Assembly: GCA_964522265.1 (NCBI GenBank)
Contig: CAZFVS010000076.1
Location: 1-5,342 of the forward strand
Direction of reading: 5' to 3'
DNA: 5,342 nucleotides
DNA from: an uncultured Gammaproteobacteria bacterium
GTDB taxonomy: Bacteria; Patescibacteriota; Microgenomatia; Daviesbacterales; UBA10151
The position numbers were made by a program, and so were the translations under genes. The notes under the pieces are model-generated. The model searched no databases. It saw only the letters and a program-made list of their open reading frames with translations, and was not told the DNA's origin. Positions 1-5,342 of the stretch are shown in pieces (position 1 is the stretch's first letter; each line of letters opens with the position of its first letter).

Positions 1-1376
1 TTCTTCTGGCAAAAGATATTTTCAATTTCAGACTAAGTATAATAGCATTTTTTTTATTAGCTATTACCCCATGGCATCTTCAGTATTCAAGGCAGGCAGG
101 CATTGAATCAGGCATGCTGCTTACCTTTATTATTTTTGCAGTCTGGTTTTTTATAAAAGGACTTAAAAAATATACGTGGTTATTAATATCGGTTCTACTT
201 TTTTCTTTGTCAATCTATGTTTATGCAACGGCCCTAATATTTGTGGTAACTTTGAGTATTTGCCTTTTAACTCTTTTTTGGAAAGATATTAAAAAACAGG
301 GGGTTATAAAAATAACACCTCTGGTAATTTTATGTTTTGTAATATTAATTCCGTATATAAATTTATATTCTAGCGGTAAGGCCGGGCAAAGATTTTCTAC
401 GATTTCAATTTTTGGCGATAAAGATATTAATGATGAGATATTTTCAAGAAGAAACCAAGAGACAGTTCCTTTTTCGTCGATATTTCATAGCCGTTTTTTA
501 ACTTTTAGCCAGGAAATTGGAAAAAATTACTTGCGCTCTTTTTCGACAGAGTTTTTATTTGTGAACGGTGATCCTAATCTTCGGCAATCGGTTGGAGGAG
601 TGGGTGAGTTTTTTATTTTTGAACTGATTTTAATACTTTTGGGATTTTATGTGTTTTTTAAGAAAGGTTACAAAAAAGAAACCAAAATACTTCTTTTCTG
701 GTTGTTGATTGCTCCTATACCTTCAAGTCTGACAAAGGATGGTGGTTATCATGCTTCAAGATTGATGTTTATGTTAGCTCCCCTGATTTTATTTGCAGCT
801 CTGGGTTTAAATTATCTGACCGAACAGGTTAATAGCTTCAAGAAAATATTGTTGATTTTGATCACTGGTTTGGCTGTTTTAAATATAATAATTTATCTGC
901 ATAGGTATTATACAGAATGGCCGAAGGATAGTTTCAGATTTTGGCAAGGTGGGTACAAGGAAGCGATGAGCTATATTAAAACTGAGGATTTAAAATATTC
1001 AAGAATTTATTTTAACAACACATATGAACCTGCTTTGCCAAGATTTATGTTTTGGTATGCTTATGATCCTGTAAAATTCCAAAAGGTATTTCAAGGGTCG
1101 GCGACAGAAAAGGATATTGTGCCAGGATTTAATGGTTTTAAATTAGAAGATAAGTATTACTTTGGTATTGTCAATAATCTGATTGAGGATAAAGGATTTG
1201 CCCAATTAATGAAAGATAAAGAGTTATATTTGGTATCAGTAAGGGACGAAGTTGGTTCGGCTGATTGGGAATCTTCACCGCCGGTTCATTTGAATATATT
1301 AAAAAAAATATATAATCCAGTAAATAGGAAACCAATTCTTTTTATTGTTACAAAAAAAGATGTGAAAAATGACTAA
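1..1376 (+). CDS. Polytopic GT-C-type membrane glycosyltransferase (GT39/ArnT/PMT-like), 5'-partial (codon phase starts at nt 3); divergent paralogue of 2125..3798
   Basis: The frame is open from nt 3 to the TAA at 1374-1376. The 37 codons upstream of the track's Met (nt 114) read LLAKDIFNFRLSIIAFFLLAITPWHLQYSRQAGIESG. This aligns with residues ~118-140 of the downstream paralogue (FLLAISPWSIQLSRTAFEGGIG), so the true start lies off-window. The protein has many hydrophobic helices. Shared motifs with 2125..3798: FSTEFLFVNGDPN / FSPTFFFTGSRPDN, IAPIPSSLT / FAPIPAALT, GYKEA in both. A non-hydrophobic C-terminal domain of ~150 aa follows. Confidence 0.85.
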   Translation, partial: LLAKDIFNFRLSIIAFFLLAITPWHLQYSRQAGIESGMLLTFIIFAVWFFIKGLKKYTWLLISVLLFSLSIYVYATALIFVVTLSICLLTLFWKDIKKQGVIKITPLVILCFVILIPYINLYSSGKAGQRFSTISIFGDKDINDEIFSRRNQETVPFSSIFHSRFLTFSQEIGKNYLRSFSTEFLFVNGDPNLRQSVGGVGEFFIFELILILLGFYVFFKKGYKKETKILLFWLLIAPIPSSLTKDGGYHASRLMFMLAPLILFAALGLNYLTEQVNSFKKILLILITGLAVLNIIIYLHRYYTEWPKDSFRFWQGGYKEAMSYIKTEDLKYSRIYFNNTYEPALPRFMFWYAYDPVKFQKVFQGSATEKDIVPGFNGFKLEDKYYFGIVNNLIEDKGFAQLMKDKELYLVSVRDEVGSADWESSPPVHLNILKKIYNPVNRKPILFIVTKKDVKND

Positions 1377-2064
1377 ACTTACCTCTCTATCCGTATTTTT
1401 CCCTGCTTTTAATGAAGAAAAAAATTTACCCGTTGTTATTGGTCAGGTTTTGAATCTGATACCAAATATAAGCGAAAAATTTGAAATCATCGTTATAAAC
1501 GACGGATCAGTGGATGGTACAAAAGAAGTGGTAGAGAGAACTACCAGAAAAAATAAAAACGTAAGATTGGTAAACCATAAAAAAAACTTAGGGTATGGGG
1601 CTGCTTTAAAATCAGGTTTTTATAACAGTAAATACGACTATATTACCTATATGGATTCAGATGGTCAGTTTAATTTTTCACAAATAGAAAAATTAATTTC
1701 AAAAATTGAACAAGCGGATATAGTTGTAGGATTTAGAATTAAAAGGGCGGATAGATTGATACGGGTTTTAAACGGAAAGCTTTGGAATTTAATGGTCAGT
1801 TTTCTACTGGGAATTAATTTAAAAGATATTGATTGTGGATTTAAGTTAGTTAGAAAAGAGGTTATTGAAAAAATCCCCAGATTGGAATCAAATGGTGCAA
1901 CTATTTCAGCGGAACTTTTGGTTAAAGCAAAAAAAATGGGATTTAAAATAGAGCAGGTTGGCCTTATCCACGAGCCCCGAAAATTCGGCAATGCCACAGG
2001 AGGCAACCCTTCGCATATTTTTAGGGCATGCTATGACCTGATTAAATTGCTGCCTAAATTATAA
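1369..2064 (+). CDS. GT2-family (GT-A fold) polyprenyl-phosphate glycosyltransferase, DPM1/GtrB/ArnC-like, with no obvious transmembrane helix
   Basis: 231-aa ORF. GT2 signatures: LSVFFPAFNEE near the N-terminus, IIVINDGSVDGT, NLGYGAALKSG, a DxD motif MDSDGQ (D-S-D at nt 1654-1662), and DCGFK (nt 1831-1845). The ATG at 1369 overlaps the upstream stop by 8 nt (ATGACTAA). The sugar specificity cannot be read from the sequence. Confidence 0.85.
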   Translation: MTKLTSLSVFFPAFNEEKNLPVVIGQVLNLIPNISEKFEIIVINDGSVDGTKEVVERTTRKNKNVRLVNHKKNLGYGAALKSGFYNSKYDYITYMDSDGQFNFSQIEKLISKIEQADIVVGFRIKRADRLIRVLNGKLWNLMVSFLLGINLKDIDCGFKLVRKEVIEKIPRLESNGATISAELLVKAKKMGFKIEQVGLIHEPRKFGNATGGNPSHIFRACYDLIKLLPKL

Positions 2065-2070
2065 ACAGAG

Positions 2071-2096
2071 TTTGCCAGACATATCTGGTAAGCAAA
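2071..2096 (+). promoter_or_regulatory. Imperfect AT-rich stem-loop in the only intergenic gap (2065-2124); function unknown (weak attenuator or processing site?)
   Basis: TTTG(C)-CAGA-cata-TCTG-(G)taa-GCAAA. The inner stem is CCAGA (2075-2079) paired with TCTGG (2084-2088), with a 4-nt loop. The outer arms TTTG/CAAA are separated by a 4-nt bulge. A T5 run lies at 2105-2109, not immediately adjacent. The stem is short and GC-poor, so this is weak as an intrinsic terminator. Confidence 0.2.
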
Positions 2097-2124
2097 GCTT
2101 GTAATTTTTAGTAGTACAAAAATT

Positions 2125-3798
2125 ATGAAAAGACTGCTTTTTGGAATAATCATTGTGGGGTTTTTATTAAGAGTTATTTGGCTGGATCAGTTTCCGGTTG
2201 GTTTTACAGGTGATGAAGCGCAGCAGGAATACAGCGCTTACTCTATCTTAAAAACAGGCAGGGATGAATGGGGGCAATTTTTGCCACTCTTCCCAAGAGG
2301 TTTTGGGGACTATAAACCGCCACTTTATACATATCTTTCTATCCCTTCAGTTGCAATTTTTGATCTTAATGAATTTGCCGTCAGATTCCCCGCTGCATTA
2401 CTGGGGACTTTAACAATACTGGTAGCCTATTTTTTAGGAAAAGAATTATTCAGTAGAAATGTAGGTTTTTGGTCTGCATTTCTTTTGGCTATTTCTCCAT
2501 GGAGCATACAATTATCCAGAACTGCATTTGAAGGGGGTATAGGAATACCGATATTTGGTTTAGGTTTGTTATTTTACTTATGGAGTAAAAGACCTAACCG
2601 TCTCGGATCTAAAAGAAACCAACTTTTTCTAATCTTATCATTTTTGGTCTTCGGATTTAATCTTTATTCCTATCATTCATGGAGACTGTTTATGATAATA
2701 TTTTTACCGGTAATTATAATAATTGAGTATCTAAAAAACAAAAAATGGAAAATACTGCTCTCCCCAATTTTAATATTTTCCCTGTTTCTTTTGCCTTTAG
2801 TTTTTAATGCAGCAACGGTTTTAAAAAGATCGAGTGATGTAAGTATATTCTCAGAAAAAAACATAAAAAATTATTTCGTTAATAAAGATACTTCGGACTT
2901 ACCGGAAAATATCGCGAGAATATTTGACAACAAAATAATATTTATAACAGACCAATTTTTGACCAATTACCTTTCTTATTTTTCACCAACGTTTTTTTTC
3001 ACCGGTTCCAGACCGGATAATTCGTACCTTAATTTTCCCGGCACACCTTTGATGTATTTTGTGGAAATAATATTTGTAGGTATTGGCATCTTGGGCTTGG
3101 TGAAAAATAAAGAGAAAAGTGCAAAATTAATTTATACATGCCTTATTTTCGCCCCGATTCCAGCTGCATTAACTGATGGTTTTAATGCACAGAGAGCCAC
3201 TACTTTTTTACCCCTGATGACAATTATATCTGCATATGGACTAAACTTAATTATTTCGAATACAGGTATTAAATTGTTTAAAAAATTTCAAAGTTTAATG
3301 AAATTTATTCCAATTTTTGTCCTTCTTGGTAGTACAATTTTATTTCTTTATAACTATATCTATAAATTACCCAAACATCCCGCTAGTAATTTACGGTATG
3401 GATACAAAGAAGCTTTTTTAAAAGCGATTAATTTGGAGGATCAATTTGACTCTATTGTATTTTCGAAAGAGTTTTCAATGCCGCAAATATTTATTGCATT
3501 TTATAAAAGAACAGACCCTTGGTATTTTCAAAACTCATCACAAGATTGGTTAAGGTATGAAAAAGCAAATAAAACTTATGTAGATCAATTGGAGAGCTAC
3601 AATCTAGGAAAATATGAAATAAAGGATATAGATTGGGAAAAAGAACTTAGAAGCGGTAAAAATGAGTTATTGGTAAGTTCTATCAATAACTTTCCAGAAA
3701 ACGTTAAAGCGATTTTTGATATTAAATCCCCCAAAAATGTTATTATTTATAGATTGGTTTCAACGAGTGAAAATCAACCCGCGGAAGTGCGAAAATGA
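2125..3798 (+). CDS. Polytopic GT-C-type membrane glycosyltransferase (GT39/ArnT/PMT-like), complete, 557 aa, with a C-terminal non-membrane domain
   Basis: The ORF is complete. The N-terminus MKRLLFGIIIVGFLLRVIWL forms TM1, followed directly by a loop-1 acidic pair FTGDEAQQ (D-E at nt 2212-2217). This resembles the catalytic acidic loop-1 motif of PMT/ArnT-type GT-C enzymes. KPPLYTY (PPL starts at nt 2317) precedes TM2, and ISPWSIQLSRTAFEG is also present. There are about 10 or more hydrophobic segments. The C-terminal ~140 aa are hydrophilic and carry GYKEA (nt 3400-3414). The TGA stop is at 3796-3798. Confidence 0.85.
   Translation: MKRLLFGIIIVGFLLRVIWLDQFPVGFTGDEAQQEYSAYSILKTGRDEWGQFLPLFPRGFGDYKPPLYTYLSIPSVAIFDLNEFAVRFPAALLGTLTILVAYFLGKELFSRNVGFWSAFLLAISPWSIQLSRTAFEGGIGIPIFGLGLLFYLWSKRPNRLGSKRNQLFLILSFLVFGFNLYSYHSWRLFMIIFLPVIIIIEYLKNKKWKILLSPILIFSLFLLPLVFNAATVLKRSSDVSIFSEKNIKNYFVNKDTSDLPENIARIFDNKIIFITDQFLTNYLSYFSPTFFFTGSRPDNSYLNFPGTPLMYFVEIIFVGIGILGLVKNKEKSAKLIYTCLIFAPIPAALTDGFNAQRATTFLPLMTIISAYGLNLIISNTGIKLFKKFQSLMKFIPIFVLLGSTILFLYNYIYKLPKHPASNLRYGYKEAFLKAINLEDQFDSIVFSKEFSMPQIFIAFYKRTDPWYFQNSSQDWLRYEKANKTYVDQLESYNLGKYEIKDIDWEKELRSGKNELLVSSINNFPENVKAIFDIKSPKNVIIYRLVSTSENQPAEVRK
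3783..3787 (+). promoter_or_regulatory. Weak Shine-Dalgarno-like GGAAG, 7 nt upstream of the fusion-ORF ATG and inside the end of the upstream CDS
   Basis: gcGGAAGtgcgaaaATG. It is only a partial match to GGAGG. The ATGs at 1369 and 2125 have no comparable purine-rich motif. Confidence 0.25.
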
Positions 3799-4520
3799 AA
3801 CAAATAAAACTATCAGTTATTATTCCGGCTTATAACGAAGCAGAAAATTTTAAAAGAGGGGTGTTAGACAGGATTAATAAATTCTTCAAAAAACAAAAAT
3901 ATTTGTGGGAGGTGATACTGGTTAATGACGGGTCTACGGATGCAACCTTCAAGTTATTAAAAAACTTCTCATTGAAAAATTCAGGATTTAGAGTTTTAGA
4001 TATACCTCACGGAGGTAAGGTGGCAGCTGTTACAGCCGGAATAAAAGATGCAAAAGGGGAGATTGTATTATTTACGGATTTTGACCAATCAACCCCGATT
4101 AGTGAGGTAAAAAAAGTTTTACAAAGTTTTAATAAAGGAGCGGATGTAGTAATTGGAGAAAGGTTAAGCAAGGATGTAAATAGAACCTTTTTCCAGCATA
4201 TCCGAAGTAAAATCTTTAACGCAGTTGCGCAATTGGTTTTGCTTCCCGGGATAAATGATACTCAATGCGGTTTTAAAGCATTTAAAAATGAAATAGGTAA
4301 AAAATTATTTAGTCAGCTGAAAGTTACCCAGCGTACGCAAAAGGGTGGTTATATGGGGGCTTTTGATGTTGAAATTCTTTATTTAGCCAGGAAACAAGGA
4401 TATAGAATCATCCCCATTCCGGTTTCATGGCAATATTTTGAATCAGGCAGGCTTTCTCTAATGGAACCTATAAAGATGTTCAGAGATATATTCTTGGTGT
4501 TTTTTACGAGCCTTCTGGGT
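3795..4520 (+). other. GT2 (GT-A fold) catalytic domain of the fusion ORF (approx. aa 1-242)
   Basis: Contains the DxD motif and the DTQCGFK signature described above. It ends in a hydrophobic/amphipathic stretch, EPIKMFRDIFLVFFTSLLGRY, which resembles the membrane-interface helices of GtrB/DPMS-type enzymes. The boundary was estimated by eye. Confidence 0.65.
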
Positions 4521-5342
4521 AGGTATAACATAGCTTGGTTTAAAGAAAATAATACCGGTTTTAGATATCATTTTGTTGCAATTTTTATTCTGCTGCTCCT
4601 AACCATTCCTACGTTAATTGGTACTATACAACCCGGATATTTCAGAATGCATGATGATTTGCAGGCTATGCGCCAATTAATTATGGATAAATGTTTCAAG
4701 GATCTGCAAATTCCCTGCCGTTGGTCCCAGGATTTAGGTTATGGTTTTGGTTATCCCCTTTTTAACTTTTATCCCCCCCTTCCGTATTATTTTGGACAGA
4801 TTGTTCATTGGGTTGGGTTTTCTTTTACTGATACCTTTAAAGTATTGGTGGTGTTGAATTTTATCGTTACAGGATTAACCATGTATTTGTTGGCTCAAAC
4901 CTTTTGGGGTAGATGGGGAGGACTTATTTCAGCTTTATTTTATGTTTATGCTCCTTACCATGCTGTTGATGTTTATGTCAGGGCAGCGATAAATGAAGCT
5001 TGGGCGCTTGCCTGGTTTCCCGTTATATTTTGGTCTTCATATAAATTGGTTATTACCAAGAAATGGTTTTATGTTCCAATTCTTGCACTATCAGCCGCTT
5101 TTTTAATGTTATCGCATAACCCGATGCTGATGATTTTTGCACCATTGTCAATAATTTGGGCAATTTATTGGTTGGTTGTGACAAGAGAATTTAAGGTTGT
5201 TTTTAAATTGGCTGTTGGAGGAATTTGGGCTTTGGGTTTGGCTGCTTTTTTTACTCTTCCGGTCATATTTGAGCAAAAATATGCCCATGTTGAAACTTTA
5301 GTAATAGGTTACTTTAATTATCTGGCTCATTTTGCCAATATA
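3795..5342 (+). CDS. Fusion protein, 3'-partial: N-terminal GT2 polyprenyl-phosphate glycosyltransferase (ALG5/DPM1-like) joined in frame to a polytopic GT-C-like membrane domain. NOT in the supplied ORF track (no stop before the window end)
   Basis: The ATG at 3795 overlaps the upstream TGA (ATGA). I translated codon by codon to nt 5342 and found 516 sense codons with no stop. N-terminal part: MKQIKLSVIIPAYNEAENF, EVILVNDGSTDAT, HGGKVAAVTAGI, DxD motif FTDFDQS (D-F-D at nt 4077-4085), INDTQCGFKAF (nt 4257-4277), FDVEILYLARKQGYRI. C-terminal part: YHFVAIFILLLLTIPTLIGTI (TM, from nt 4566), MHDDLQ (nt 4647-4664, with HDD at nt 4650-4658), GYGFGYPLFNFYPPLPYYF, then at least 5 more hydrophobic helices up to the window edge. 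Confidence 0.8.
   Translation, partial: MKQIKLSVIIPAYNEAENFKRGVLDRINKFFKKQKYLWEVILVNDGSTDATFKLLKNFSLKNSGFRVLDIPHGGKVAAVTAGIKDAKGEIVLFTDFDQSTPISEVKKVLQSFNKGADVVIGERLSKDVNRTFFQHIRSKIFNAVAQLVLLPGINDTQCGFKAFKNEIGKKLFSQLKVTQRTQKGGYMGAFDVEILYLARKQGYRIIPIPVSWQYFESGRLSLMEPIKMFRDIFLVFFTSLLGRYNIAWFKENNTGFRYHFVAIFILLLLTIPTLIGTIQPGYFRMHDDLQAMRQLIMDKCFKDLQIPCRWSQDLGYGFGYPLFNFYPPLPYYFGQIVHWVGFSFTDTFKVLVVLNFIVTGLTMYLLAQTFWGRWGGLISALFYVYAPYHAVDVYVRAAINEAWALAWFPVIFWSSYKLVITKKWFYVPILALSAAFLMLSHNPMLMIFAPLSIIWAIYWLVVTREFKVVFKLAVGGIWALGLAAFFTLPVIFEQKYAHVETLVIGYFNYLAHFANI
4566..5342 (+). other. Polytopic membrane domain of the fusion ORF (aa ~258 to >516), GT-C-like; the exact family is unresolved. It may match the set mis-named 'PTPS-related membrane protein' or be YfhO-like
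   Basis: The element order matches the N-terminus of the GT39-like paralogue. TM1 then an acidic pair: HDD vs GDE. A PPL-aromatic motif before TM2: YPPLPYYF vs KPPLYTYL. An amphipathic TM pair: FKVLVVLNFIVTGLTMYLLAQTFW vs FAVRFPAALLGTLTILVAYFLGKELF. A Pro-aromatic...R..A..E motif: YAPYHAVDVYVRAAINE vs ISPWSIQLSRTAFEG. The family name is recalled from memory, not searched. Confidence 0.5.

Noticed and set aside
114-116. ATG at 114 as the true start of the first gene
   Set aside because: The frame is open upstream to the window edge, and the upstream residues align with an internal conserved segment of the paralogue. The Met is internal.
1665-2006. 113-aa minus-strand ORF from the track
   Set aside because: It lies entirely antisense to the well-supported GT2 CDS 1369..2064. 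Its translation has no recognisable motifs and looks like a shadow ORF, and no start context supports it.
2072-2127. Sigma70-like promoter in the spacer (TTGCCA at 2072-2077 or TTGTAA at 2099-2104)
   Set aside because: No acceptable TATAAT-like -10 element sits at 16-18 nt spacing from either candidate. In AT-rich DNA such hexamers arise by chance.
2673-2864. 63-aa minus-strand ORF from the track
   Set aside because: It is antisense to a transmembrane-rich, AT-rich part of CDS 2125..3798. Stop-poor antisense frames are expected in that setting. The peptide is low-complexity and has no independent support.
4500-4650. Possibility that 3795..5342 is really two genes (a GT2, then a separate membrane protein)
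   Set aside because: Codon-by-codon reading shows no in-frame stop across the junction. The next in-frame ATG after the GT2 core that could start a membrane protein (nt 4647, MHDD) lies after the first TM helix, so it would cut off TM1. No RBS-like motif is present there. An assembly indel cannot be excluded without the reads.
4773-4779. C7 homopolymer as a phase-variation tract; also A8 runs at 1301-1308, 1579-1586 and 1929-1936, and a T8 run at 2992-2999
   Set aside because: The C7 run encodes the conserved Pro-Pro-Leu of the PPLPYY motif. The A and T runs encode Lys and Phe, which are expected in an AT-rich genome. All runs are short, and the window contains no variants to indicate slippage.
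4566-5342. Reading the C-terminal domain as a pterin-biosynthesis enzyme, because similar proteins are often labelled 'PTPS-related'
   Set aside because: The sequence is a polytopic membrane domain with GT-C-like motifs. It bears no resemblance to soluble 6-pyruvoyl-tetrahydropterin synthase, so that label would be a historical misnomer.
1-5342. CRISPR arrays, tRNA/rRNA genes, IS elements, inverted terminal repeats, or long direct DNA repeats
   Set aside because: None were seen. The window is more than 98% occupied by four + strand CDSs, and the paralogues are too divergent to form nucleotide-level repeats.

Overview
The window is visibly AT-rich and almost entirely coding. It holds four co-directional, tightly packed + strand genes that look like one operon for lipid-carrier-dependent (polyprenyl-phosphate-sugar) glycosylation of the cell envelope. 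In order: (1) a 5'-truncated polytopic GT-C-type membrane glycosyltransferase (GT39/ArnT/PMT-like); (2) a soluble GT2 polyprenyl-phosphate glycosyltransferase (DPM1/GtrB/ArnC-like); (3) a complete, divergent paralogue of gene 1; (4) an ORF missing from the supplied track because it runs off the 3' edge without a stop. My hand translation of gene 4 gives 516 uninterrupted codons from the ATG at 3795. It has an ALG5/DPM1-like GT2 domain fused in frame to a further polytopic membrane domain that repeats the N-terminal motif architecture of the GT-C paralogues. The main finding is therefore an alternating GT-C/GT2/GT-C/GT2::GT-C-like array, with donor-synthase and candidate transferase modules joined in one polypeptide. 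I saw no RNA genes, CRISPR arrays, mobile elements or long DNA repeats. All family assignments come from motifs read by eye, with no HMM or BLAST search. A Patescibacteria/CPR-like origin is only an inference.
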